This document shows, piece after piece, positions 8,672 to 17,377 of a stretch of DNA of 64,000 bases. This stretch comes from Dehalococcoidia bacterium (GTDB lineage: Bacteria; Chloroflexota; Dehalococcoidia; Lucifugimonadales; UBA1123), in NCBI GenBank assembly GCA_965261525.1, contig OZ253472.1, forward strand, positions 2,852,601 to 2,916,600, in the 5' to 3' direction. Both the position numbers and the translations under genes were made by a program. The notes under the pieces were generated by a model, which searched no databases, had not been told where the DNA came from, and was given only the letters and a program-made list of their open reading frames with translations. How positions within the stretch are numbered: the first letter of the stretch is position 1; each line of letters starts with the position of its first letter.

Positions 8672-8711
8672 TGCCACGTTAGAATGCCTTGATAGGAACA
8701 GGAAAATCCTC

Positions 8712-10568
8712 ATGCAATCAGACTGGCACTTCAGACCTCACATTCCCGGCGCCTCAATTCGTGAGCCGATTGCTGGAGCGTTCTTCGCCAGCGATGCAGT
8801 AAGCGAACCTGGAGAGGCACTGGTACGTGAAGGCATCCAGAACTCCCTTGACGCTACCCCTGACGGTAGCCAGACGTTTGTCCGAATCTCTCTAGCTAAC
8901 GGGAGCGATGCTTTAACTTGGGATCAGGTAAGTCAGTATTACGCCAGCGCGAATATACACTACACAGCGGATGGCAGCGGCTTGCGAAGCGATGATATTC
9001 TCACACAGGATGATGCTTGCTCAGTACTGATCTTTGAGGATTTTGGTACCCATGGTTTACAGGGAGACCCTGCGACACCTTACCCGCCAAAAGACAAGAG
9101 TGAGAACAACTTCTTTCATTTTTTTCGAGCGGAAGGACGTTCTGATAAGGATTCCAGCAAGCGCGGCAGTTGGGGGCTTGGAAAGGACACTTTCTTTCGG
9201 GCCAGCAGAGTTAACACCATATTCGGTCTGACTGTAAGGGATGACGACCATCGTCGCCTACTTATGGGAAAAGCCATCCTGAAGTCTCATTATGCAGGTG
9301 ACGATTACTGTCAGGACGGTTATTTCGGAGTTCTACCTGACGCCGATAGTCATCTGGTTATGCCGATTGAAGACAACAACCACATTGAACTGTTTCTGAA
9401 TATGTTCCATTTAGAACGACAGAATGATCCTGGTTTGTCGGTGATTGTGCCTTGGCTTGACTCAGAAATCACCCAGGCGGCGATAATTCAAGCTGTCCTT
9501 CGCAATTACTTCTACTCCATCTTCTCAGGCGATCTTGACGTAATGGTGAAAACATCGGGCGTAGAGACGTTACTTGACAAGAATAGTCTGTTGAGCGAAG
9601 CAAATAAACTCACAGAGGATCAGAGCATTCTTCCGTTGATTGAGTTGGCACAGTGGGCAGTATGTGGTGATGCAGATGATTCCCGATACACCATCAACGC
9701 CCCAGACTCAAAACGTGCTTGGGATTGGAATAGGAATCTATTTTCTGATGACACTCTTCAGAAAATAAGTGCCAAGTTGCAAAACAAGGAACGTATAGCA
9801 ATACGTGTTCCAGTGACAGTTCGTAAGAAGGGTGGTTTGCAACAGCAGTCTTATTTCGACGTGTACGTGATAACTGACGACTCAAACGAGCGCGCCCGTC
9901 CAGTGTTTATACGGGATGGCATCATTGTCTCTGACGTGCGTGCGCCTTTTATGCGTGGAATAAGAGCTTTGGTGGTTGTCAACGACCCACCGCTGTCTGA
10001 ATTCCTGCGCCAGGCCGAAAATCCTAGCCACACCATGTGGCAAGGCCAGCAGCTAAAAGCAGACTACGTGTCCGGGGTATCGGACTTGAGATTTGTTGTC
10101 CAGAGCGTTAGAAGGATTCACGATATGTTGATAGCGGAGGACAAGAAACAGGACAAACGTCTGCTCTCCGATATCTTTCCGATACCCGGCAAAGGTGGGA
10201 AGCAGGAAAAGCCACCACCTCCATCTCCTACCTATTTCAGCATCAACCCCGTAACCGGAGGTTTCCGTGTTGTACGTGGGAAGGTAAGCCTGTCAGCACA
10301 TAGTCTGGTGGAAATGCATGTGGCATACGATGTCCGTAGAGGCAGTCCTCTGAAGAGATACCGCAATGACGACTTCCAGTTGAACGAGGCCCCTATCTCC
10401 TACAAGTATAAGGGTGTAGAGGTGATAGAGGCTGCTGAAAACAGAATGGTTATTCGTATCAGTGATCCCGAAGATTTCTATATCACAGTGACTGGATTTG
10501 ACCGGAATCGCCAAGTATATGTACGAGTTGACAAAGGGGATGGAACCAATGCCGATTCGACGGATTAA
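8712..10568 (+). CDS. GHKL (Bergerat-fold, MORC/Hsp90/MutL-like) ATPase with a C-terminal region of about 400 aa of unknown fold (gene A of the island operon)
   Basis: ORF track (8616..10568); the likely start is ATG 8712 (MQSDWHF). N box: EALVREGIQNSLDA. G1 box: VLIFEDFGTHGLQG. G2 box: KRGSWGLGKDTFF. Confidence 0.65.
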   Translation: MQSDWHFRPHIPGASIREPIAGAFFASDAVSEPGEALVREGIQNSLDATPDGSQTFVRISLANGSDALTWDQVSQYYASANIHYTADGSGLRSDDILTQDDACSVLIFEDFGTHGLQGDPATPYPPKDKSENNFFHFFRAEGRSDKDSSKRGSWGLGKDTFFRASRVNTIFGLTVRDDDHRRLLMGKAILKSHYAGDDYCQDGYFGVLPDADSHLVMPIEDNNHIELFLNMFHLERQNDPGLSVIVPWLDSEITQAAIIQAVLRNYFYSIFSGDLDVMVKTSGVETLLDKNSLLSEANKLTEDQSILPLIELAQWAVCGDADDSRYTINAPDSKRAWDWNRNLFSDDTLQKISAKLQNKERIAIRVPVTVRKKGGLQQQSYFDVYVITDDSNERARPVFIRDGIIVSDVRAPFMRGIRALVVVNDPPLSEFLRQAENPSHTMWQGQQLKADYVSGVSDLRFVVQSVRRIHDMLIAEDKKQDKRLLSDIFPIPGKGGKQEKPPPPSPTYFSINPVTGGFRVVRGKVSLSAHSLVEMHVAYDVRRGSPLKRYRNDDFQLNEAPISYKYKGVEVIEAAENRMVIRISDPEDFYITVTGFDRNRQVYVRVDKGDGTNADSTD

Positions 10569-11301
10569 CTTCACCGGACGGCAGCGGCTACGTGCGGAAG
10601 ATGTAGAGATTAAACTTTACGATGATATGATACCACCCAAATGTGAGATAGCTAATCTCAACTTTGAGGGATATGAATTCCCATCTGATGCCCTAGTTTA
10701 CGTGGAGTCATATCGTCAGACTTCGTATATGCGGTTTTCTTGTGGAACAGTCGGTAATCTGAAGATTCCTGATAATCTGACGTTGGACGAGTTCGACTCA
10801 CCCGATGCCATAAAGTTTCGAGTAAAGGTGACCTCGGCCTCGCATCCAACAAAGGGGCAGTTACTAGCTGAGTTAAGTGGCATCTCCGATAGGAGAATAG
10901 AATCCCTTCTTACGGTTGTGCCGGATTCAAACCTTGATCACGAAGTTTTCCGTGTGGACTTCACAGATGAACCCATTCTCCTGATCAACGCGAAACTGGA
11001 CAGGTGGAAAGAGGTAGCCACTGAGCCTGTCTTTACCTCGCTGGTGTATCCTGCCGCCCTCCGGACTATTCTGACGAGAGTATTGTGTATTGAAGAACAT
11101 ACTGATACCGAGGACCCAGACGATTGGCACTCCAGATGGCTCAGATTTGCGAAAAATAATCTGGGTGCCTCTGACCCTCCCATTGAAACGGATATTGAAG
11201 TTCGTGATGAATGGATTGACAATACGGTAGCCGCTTTCTGTAAGAATAATCAGGTGTACCATAGCTTTGCCAAGAATTTTGATGATGGATACGGTCAATG
11301 A
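10540..11301 (+). CDS. Hypothetical protein (gene B), no family recognised
   Basis: ORF track (10498..11301). The likely start is ATG 10540 or 10549 (MEPMPIRRINFTGRQRL), overlapping the end of gene A. The stop overlaps the gene C start as ATGA (11298-11301). Confidence 0.6.
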   Translation: MEPMPIRRINFTGRQRLRAEDVEIKLYDDMIPPKCEIANLNFEGYEFPSDALVYVESYRQTSYMRFSCGTVGNLKIPDNLTLDEFDSPDAIKFRVKVTSASHPTKGQLLAELSGISDRRIESLLTVVPDSNLDHEVFRVDFTDEPILLINAKLDRWKEVATEPVFTSLVYPAALRTILTRVLCIEEHTDTEDPDDWHSRWLRFAKNNLGASDPPIETDIEVRDEWIDNTVAAFCKNNQVYHSFAKNFDDGYGQ

Positions 11302-11993
11302 AACTCCGTAGATTGAATGAAAACGGTATTGACCAGTTCGACCAGTTCAGGGCATCCCCGTTGAGGCAGCCAGAACATTTGCTAACTATCGTTCATGATT
11401 CATCTACTTCTGATGTGGTCGGTGTTGATATCGAAGTACAACCGCAGGAACTTTCGACACGGTTCACTGTCGGCAAGTACCTGAATGAGCTACTTGATGG
11501 AACTCCAATTCCGGGCTGGGATATGGACAAGGGGATATGGACGTGGCTTACAGCATTCTATTTCGATCAACTTTGTCCACCCGGCAGCCGACCCGGTGAA
11601 AGAGCCAGATGGGTGCCCGCGGTAGGAGACTTCCGCAAGTACTACCGTCATCTCTTGGCAGGACCTTATCAAATCTATCACGCACATCGAGACAATCCGC
11701 ACCGTGTTCTTGCTTTACTGGCAGGACCTCCGCATCAACCAGGTGAGATTGCTGAACAACTAGCGTCGCGTCAGGAGTTGGTGACTAACAAGTCTGCGAT
11801 GGAGGCGGCAACGACTCTATATATAGACCCAGTGACAGATTCCCCAAAACTCGGCGCGGCCGGTAAGGTTAATGGTGGCGCGCGCAGGCTTGCAGATATA
11901 CTCAACCAGCTGGATCTGACTTGGGACCTGTACATACTGGAGTCCGACGAGTTACTCGAGTTACTCCCTGACGAATTCGATAGGTTCAAGTAA
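11298..11993 (+). CDS. Hypothetical protein (gene C), no family recognised
   Basis: ORF track, 231 aa. The stop overlaps the dcm start as TAATG (11991-11995). It is soluble and Trp/His-rich (GIWTWLTAFYFDQL, YYRHLLAGPYQIYHAHRDNPH). Confidence 0.6.
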   Translation: MKLRRLNENGIDQFDQFRASPLRQPEHLLTIVHDSSTSDVVGVDIEVQPQELSTRFTVGKYLNELLDGTPIPGWDMDKGIWTWLTAFYFDQLCPPGSRPGERARWVPAVGDFRKYYRHLLAGPYQIYHAHRDNPHRVLALLAGPPHQPGEIAEQLASRQELVTNKSAMEAATTLYIDPVTDSPKLGAAGKVNGGARRLADILNQLDLTWDLYILESDELLELLPDEFDRFK

Positions 11994-13576
11994 TGAGTAA
12001 CCCAATACCTGTCATTGATGTTTTTGCGGGATGTGGTGGCTTGGGGGAAGGATTCAGTGCTTTGAAACGGAACGAAATATTCCCATTTGACGTTCGGCTC
12101 TGTATCGAAAAGGACTCGGCTCCCATAAATACTCTCTGGACGCGCGTTTTCTATCATCAGTTCAAGACGACCCGGCCCCCAGACAGCTACTACGAATATG
12201 TTAGTGGTGAGATTGACCGCAATGAATTGTGCCTACGACATCCGAGGGAAACACACGAGGCAACCTTGCGTTGTCTACAAATTGAACTCGGGCATTCTGA
12301 AGTAAATGAAGAAATTACCACTGATAACATTAACAGGGCTACAGCAAACGCGAGTGATTGGGTTCTCATCGGCGGACCACCGTGTCAAGCGTATTCGACT
12401 ATCGGCAGGGTCAAAAACCAGTCATTGGAACACTATAACCCCGATACCGACATTCGCTTCGGGCTTTACCGGGAATACCTCAAAATCATCGGTGCTCACT
12501 GGCCATCTGTATTCGTAATGGAAAACGTGAGAGGACTGTTGAGTGCATCATATCGGCAAGAATCTATATTTAACCGTATGCTCACTGATTTACGCGAACC
12601 CGCTCATGCCCTTGAATTAGACGGTATAGCTACATCACATGCCCATCAATACCGTCTCTACTCGGTTGTTAGCAACGCTTCGTTCTTGGACAATATGGGC
12701 AAAGTTCCAATTCCGACAGAATTTATCGTCAGATCAGAAGAATACAGAGTTCCACAAGCTCGTCATCGAGTGATCATTTTGGGAGTACGTGATGACATAC
12801 TTGCTAAACCCGAACCGCTGTTACCAGCAACGGAGAAGGTCAATGCCAGCGCAGTGTTGAACGGTCTGCCCCGAGTTAGAAGTGGATTGTCCCGTCAGGA
12901 CAGCCCCGATAAATGGATCAAGGCCGTCAAAGAAATCGAAGAACAGCCTTGGTGGGACGATATAGAGACATCTGTTCAACTTAGGATTCGCAATACACTA
13001 ACAGATCTGAAAGTTCCAGATGACGACAGAGGGAATTTGCGTTTTTTGAATAGCCCTTCAACTTGTGAGTACCGGCCTGACTGGTTTGAGGATGAGCGCC
13101 TGTCAGGAACGCTGAACCACAACGCCAGAGGTCATCGGATTGATGACCTCTGGCGATATCTTTTTGCTGCGTGCTTCACGGAAGGTAGCAACCAAAAGTT
13201 TCGGATTGGCGACTTTCCACCCGGACTGAGACCTCGACATCGGAACATAGAAAGCGCTCTTGTTAGCGGCACTTTTGCCGACCGATTCAGCGTACAGCCC
13301 AAGAACGCTCCGTCTCGGACTGTAGTTAGTCACATTCGCAAGGATGGGCATTACTATATCCACTATGACCCAACCCAGTGTCGCAGTCTCACAGTTCGGG
13401 AGGCAGCTCGTCTGCAAACCTTCCCTGACAATTATTTCTTTGAGGGCAGTCGAACTGATCAATATGGACAAGTCGGAAACGCAGTGCCCCCATTGTTGTC
13501 GCTTCAGATTGCAGGGCGCGTAGCAGAACTACTGGAACGATGGCGAGTGCAACGAAATGGACAGTCTGTCTCCTGA
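11993..13576 (+). CDS. dcm: DNA (cytosine-5)-methyltransferase
   Basis: ORF track, 527 aa. Motif I VIDVFAGCGGLGEGF; IV LIGGPPCQAYS; VI VFVMENVRGLL; VIII QARHRVIILGVR; IX RSLTVREAARLQTFPD; X GNAVPPLL. There is a large variable region between motifs VIII and IX. Confidence 0.9.
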   Translation: MSNPIPVIDVFAGCGGLGEGFSALKRNEIFPFDVRLCIEKDSAPINTLWTRVFYHQFKTTRPPDSYYEYVSGEIDRNELCLRHPRETHEATLRCLQIELGHSEVNEEITTDNINRATANASDWVLIGGPPCQAYSTIGRVKNQSLEHYNPDTDIRFGLYREYLKIIGAHWPSVFVMENVRGLLSASYRQESIFNRMLTDLREPAHALELDGIATSHAHQYRLYSVVSNASFLDNMGKVPIPTEFIVRSEEYRVPQARHRVIILGVRDDILAKPEPLLPATEKVNASAVLNGLPRVRSGLSRQDSPDKWIKAVKEIEEQPWWDDIETSVQLRIRNTLTDLKVPDDDRGNLRFLNSPSTCEYRPDWFEDERLSGTLNHNARGHRIDDLWRYLFAACFTEGSNQKFRIGDFPPGLRPRHRNIESALVSGTFADRFSVQPKNAPSRTVVSHIRKDGHYYIHYDPTQCRSLTVREAARLQTFPDNYFFEGSRTDQYGQVGNAVPPLLSLQIAGRVAELLERWRVQRNGQSVS

Positions 13577-13967
13577 ACATCGCAGTTGGAATATGTCCCG
13601 AATACGGAGTGTAAATACCCGTCCTGAACTGACGGTTCGCTCTCTGCTCCACCGTATGGGCTACCGATTCCGTCTGCACAGAAAAGATCTTCCTGGTCGT
13701 CCCGACATAGTTCTACCAAGCCGACGCACAGCTATTCTGGTGCATGGTTGCTACTGGCATCGTCATCACGGGTGCAAGTTAGCCTATAAGCCCAAGAGTA
13801 ATCGCGAATTTTGGGAATCTAAGTTCCGTGAGAACATCAATCGAGACTACCAGAAGTGTCGCCAACTGCGCGAGCTCAACTGGAATGTCATTATAGTATG
13901 GGAATGTGAGACTAAGGCCCCTGAGATTCTCGCCGAACGGCTGAGCAGAGAGATACCAGCCCGATAA
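13557..13967 (+). CDS. vsr: Very-short-patch repair endonuclease
   Basis: ORF track, 136 aa. RSWNMSRIRSVNTRPELTVRSLLHRMGYRFRLHRKDLPGRPDIVL...ILVHGCYWHRH...IIVWECE. The gene overlaps the dcm 3' end by 20 nt. Confidence 0.9.
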   Translation: MDSLSPEHRSWNMSRIRSVNTRPELTVRSLLHRMGYRFRLHRKDLPGRPDIVLPSRRTAILVHGCYWHRHHGCKLAYKPKSNREFWESKFRENINRDYQKCRQLRELNWNVIIVWECETKAPEILAERLSREIPAR

Positions 13968-13989
13968 CAGGGCTCAGTGCCCATTCTTC

Positions 13990-14271
13990 CTACGCCACCA
14001 AATGCGACTCCTCCGCGTCTTTCAGCGCCGCCTCTATCGCGCGCACCAGTTCGCGCGCCGATTTCGCCGAAAGCTCCACAGGCACGCGAGCGTCCAGTCC
14101 CAGGCTCTCGTTGACGAAATCTATGTTGAGCGTATGGTCCGACTGCGAATGGAAGGGGTGGTCGTAGTAAACTCTCGCTCTGGTGAGCTTGAACCAGCCT
14201 TTGTGTCCCCGGCCGCTGCCCTCTATCTCCGCGTGTTCAGTAACGTATGTACACATGACAGGTCTCTCCAT
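13990..14271 (-). CDS. Small conserved hypothetical protein (resembles the MCTY...EGSG.G.KGWF...HTLNIDF family; the DUF name is uncertain)
   Basis: ORF track, 93 aa. Host-like GC content. Convergent with vsr. Confidence 0.45.
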   Translation of the reverse strand: MERPVMCTYVTEHAEIEGSGRGHKGWFKLTRARVYYDHPFHSQSDHTLNIDFVNESLGLDARVPVELSAKSARELVRAIEAALKDAEESHLVA

Positions 14272-14322
14272 GTTCCGGCCACAGGACCGTTGTCTGTTCT
14301 TTAGTATGACAGGTGAAGCGTA

Positions 14323-15054
14323 CTATCCGCCCGCGAGAGTGTCAACGAGCGGATTAGAGGCTGATTGCGCCGTGTGAAGTCCGAAAACAGCCCCAAAACG
14401 CTCAATCAGCGCAGGGGTCACATCGCTGACCTCAACCACTCGACCAAGCTCCTGGCTCAGTGACGTGACGCGGCTGTCCGGCATTCCGCACGGTACTATG
14501 TGATCGAAATACGATAGGTCGGGGCACACGTTCAGCGCGAAGCCATGCGTCGTAACTCGTCGGCTGACCTTCACGCCAATGGCCGCTATCTTGCGGTCCT
14601 CGACCCAGACTCCGGTCGGTCGCCCCTCGCTCTCCGCCTGGATACCATACACCGCCAGCGTTTCTATCAGCGTCCGCTCCAGCGCGCGCACGTATTTCAA
14701 AGGCCCGCCGCCCCAACGACGCAGGTCCAGAATCGGGTATCCGACCAGTTGCCCCGGGCCATGATATGTAACCTCGCCGCCCCTGTCCGTGTGATGCACC
14801 CCTACTCCAAGCCTTTCAAGCATTTCCGCGTCAATCAGTATGTCATCTTCTTGCCCTCGACGTCCCAGCGTGTAAACGTGAGGATGTTCCACCAGTATCA
14901 GGGTATCCGGCCTACGTCCTTCAGCAACGTCCTCGCGAACGCGGATCTGAATGTCCCATGCCTCTCGATACGGCACGAGGCCAAGCGACGCTGTGACGAG
15001 GTGATTCTTCATGTTTGCTGTCTTATCTGATAGCTCTTCCGGGCCGGATGTCAA
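14323..15054 (-). CDS. lipB: Octanoyltransferase (lipoyl(octanoyl) transferase)
   Basis: ORF track. LILVEHPHVYTLGRRG, TDRGGEVTYHGPGQLVGYPILDL, KIAAIGVKVSRRVTTHGFALNV. Confidence 0.85.
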   Translation of the reverse strand: MTSGPEELSDKTANMKNHLVTASLGLVPYREAWDIQIRVREDVAEGRRPDTLILVEHPHVYTLGRRGQEDDILIDAEMLERLGVGVHHTDRGGEVTYHGPGQLVGYPILDLRRWGGGPLKYVRALERTLIETLAVYGIQAESEGRPTGVWVEDRKIAAIGVKVSRRVTTHGFALNVCPDLSYFDHIVPCGMPDSRVTSLSQELGRVVEVSDVTPALIERFGAVFGLHTAQSASNPLVDTLAGG

Positions 15055-15497
15055 GTATATCAGGCGAACGTGCGATGATACACACTGACCCTGTATACGC
15101 TCAGGGCCTTTGCAAAGTCCGTTAGCTTCCCAAAGAACTACACACGCACATCCCTTTTACGCTATAATACGAACATACAAACTAGTGACGGAGCGACGAC
15201 CGCCGATGACTTTGAGCGTCAATATACATAAATACGAAATTATGCAGCCAAAATTCCGGGAGCATGAAAAAAAACTCCCCAAAGCTAACGCAGGTGAATC
15301 GCAGGTCAATGCAGGTGGATAAGTCACCTGTTCGTCACCAGTCAACCCACCAGTCGCCACCTGATAAATCTCCTGTTGATTTATAAATCAAGATATATGA
15401 CTCGGCGAATTCGTCCGATGTACGACAGGATCTGTCCAGCGCCGACTTTGCAAGAGCCCTGCTATACGCCAACATTCCGGAAGGAGCCTTTGACTCG

Positions 15498-16706
15498 ATG
15501 AAGATTGCCGACCTGAAAACTTATGTCGTAGAGAACCCACCTCCGCACCATGGTGGGCCCTATTGGGTCTTTCTCAAGCTGACAACAGACACCGGAATAG
15601 AGGGATTCGGTGAGGTTTACGGCGTCCCGTTCGGACCACACCGCGTCACTCAGCTTATAGAGGACATAGCCGAACGCTATGTGGAAGGGCACAGCCCGTT
15701 CAAGATAGAAACCATGTGGCGCAACGTCTATTCCAGTGGCTACTCGCAGCATCCCGACCATACACTGGTAGCGGTCCTGAGCGGACTTGAGATTGCCTGC
15801 TGGGACATCGTTGGCAAGGCGCTCGACCAGCCTGTGTACAACCTGCTCGGCGGGCAGGTGCATGAAAGGCTCAGGTCTTACACCTATCTTTATCCGCCTT
15901 CTCCCGAAGAGAGTGACGAGGACGACGCGCTTGCGGTCGGCAACATCTTCGGAGACCCCGTTCGCGCTCCGAAACGCGCCGCACAGTACATGGAGATGGG
16001 CTTTACCGCCGTGAAGTTCGATCCGGTCATGCCTATGGGCGCATTCGACCCCAGGCAGCTTTCTCTGGAGGCCCTGAGCAACGCCGAGTTGGTCACTCGG
16101 AACATCAGGGAGGCGGTTGGCGACAAGGTTGACCTGCTGATAGGCACGCACGGCCAGATGACAACTTCCAGCGCGATACGGCTGGCCAAGAGGCTGGAGC
16201 CGCAGGACCCGCTATGGTTCGAGGAGCCTGTTCCGCCCGAAAACAGGCGCGAGATGTCCCGCGTGGCCCAGCACACATCAATCCCGATTGCGACCGGCGA
16301 GCGTCTGACGACCAAGTACGAATTCGCCGACCTGCTCGGACAGCAGGCCGCCGCTATACTCCAGCCCGCCCTAGCCCGCGTCGGCGGCATACTCGAGGCC
16401 AAGAAGATTGCCGGTATGGCCGAGGCCCACTACGCACAGATGGCGCCACATCTCTACTGCGGCCCGCTGGAAGCCGCCGCCAACATACAGATCTCGACGT
16501 GCAGCCCCAACTTCCTGATACAGGAGAGCATCGAGCGTTTCGATGGCTTCTACGCCGAGATACTTAAGGAGCCCATACAGTGGGAGGACGGCTACATTAT
16601 CCCGTCCACCAAACCCGGCATCGGCATAGAGCTGGACGAGGAAGTAGCGGAGCGGCACCTGTACGGCGGTGGCGTATTTCCGCAGATAATTGACGAGCCA
16701 ATCTAG
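15498..16706 (+). CDS. Enolase-superfamily enzyme (mandelate racemase / muconate lactonizing / galactonate dehydratase-like)
   Basis: ORF track, 402 aa. The N-terminal capping domain is MKIADLKTYVV...GIEGFGEV. Barrel motifs: FTAVKFDP, DLLIGTHG, LWFEEP, IPIATGERL, ILQPAL. Confidence 0.75.
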   Translation: MKIADLKTYVVENPPPHHGGPYWVFLKLTTDTGIEGFGEVYGVPFGPHRVTQLIEDIAERYVEGHSPFKIETMWRNVYSSGYSQHPDHTLVAVLSGLEIACWDIVGKALDQPVYNLLGGQVHERLRSYTYLYPPSPEESDEDDALAVGNIFGDPVRAPKRAAQYMEMGFTAVKFDPVMPMGAFDPRQLSLEALSNAELVTRNIREAVGDKVDLLIGTHGQMTTSSAIRLAKRLEPQDPLWFEEPVPPENRREMSRVAQHTSIPIATGERLTTKYEFADLLGQQAAAILQPALARVGGILEAKKIAGMAEAHYAQMAPHLYCGPLEAAANIQISTCSPNFLIQESIERFDGFYAEILKEPIQWEDGYIIPSTKPGIGIELDEEVAERHLYGGGVFPQIIDEPI

Positions 16707-16758
16707 GGAGTTACGCTGTCAGTATGTCGGAAGGAGAGTCGCGGACAGAATGCCCCTT

Positions 16759-17094
16759 TTACCTGAGAGTCTGGCTGGCCGCTCTCTCTACAGTCTCGGC
16801 CAGCCAGGCATTAAGGCTTTTGCCTTCCGATTTGGCCGCCGCGGTCGCGGCGCGGTGAACGGCCGGTGCAACCCTGAGAGGAATCTGCCCAGAGAAAGGC
16901 TTGTCCGGATCGCGTCCCCTCTGGGCGCACACGGCCAAATAGTCGTCTATGGAAAATCGGAACTCTTCCTCAAGTTGCTCAACGGAGGTTCCTTCGAATA
17001 CTATAACATCGCGGGTATCCACCACCTCACCGTGAAAGACGCTCGCGTCCGCGTCGAAGGTCACCGTTGCCCGATAGCCTTTATACTCCATCAT
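16759..17094 (-). CDS. hicB: HicB-family antitoxin
   Basis: ORF track (16759..17145). The likely start is MMEYKGY at 17092-17094, overlapping the hicA stop (ATGA). YKGYRATVTFDADASVFHGEVVDTRDVIVFEGTSVEQLEEEF is followed by a C-terminal RHH-like SLNAWLAETVE. Confidence 0.8.
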   Translation of the reverse strand: MMEYKGYRATVTFDADASVFHGEVVDTRDVIVFEGTSVEQLEEEFRFSIDDYLAVCAQRGRDPDKPFSGQIPLRVAPAVHRAATAAAKSEGKSLNAWLAETVERAASQTLR

Positions 17095-17345
17095 GGCTCT
17101 ATCCCTGCCTCCCGCAAGAATCTCCGCATCGCTTCCACAGCCCACTTTCTTGTCTCTCTTTCAGGGTGCGGTCTATGGAAGTGAGCGGCAACGTCATTCA
17201 ATTCGATATATACTCTGGAGCCTGCCCGCTCCTCGATGTACGCTCCGCGGGCCAAAAGCATTGATTCAATTTCATCCCAGCGAATCCCTGATTGCGTAGG
17301 TCTTCTGAAGATTGCTCCTAATGTCCTGCGATGTCTCCTTCTCAT
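17091..17345 (-). CDS. hicA: HicA-family mRNA interferase toxin
   Basis: ORF track, 84 aa. Small and basic. IRWDEIESMLLARGAYIEERAGSRVYIELNDVAAHFHRPHP. Directly upstream of hicB. Confidence 0.75.
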   Translation of the reverse strand: MRRRHRRTLGAIFRRPTQSGIRWDEIESMLLARGAYIEERAGSRVYIELNDVAAHFHRPHPERETRKWAVEAMRRFLREAGIEP

Positions 17346-17377
17346 GGATGCAATATATCATATAATGATGTCACTAA

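Noticed and set aside
8399-8711. Upstream extension of gene A (track start 8616) and the 97-aa ORF 8399..8692
   Set aside because: The extension (MVNVRNVFILTYTCVGFTIATLEC...) covers the promoter-like and palindrome region and has no RBS. ATG 8712 has an AGGAA upstream and begins the conserved GHKL domain.
15110-15322. 70-aa ORF in the lipB-enolase intergenic region
   Set aside because: It has no RBS or motif, low-complexity composition, and overlaps the repeat and heptamer cluster. It is more likely regulatory DNA.
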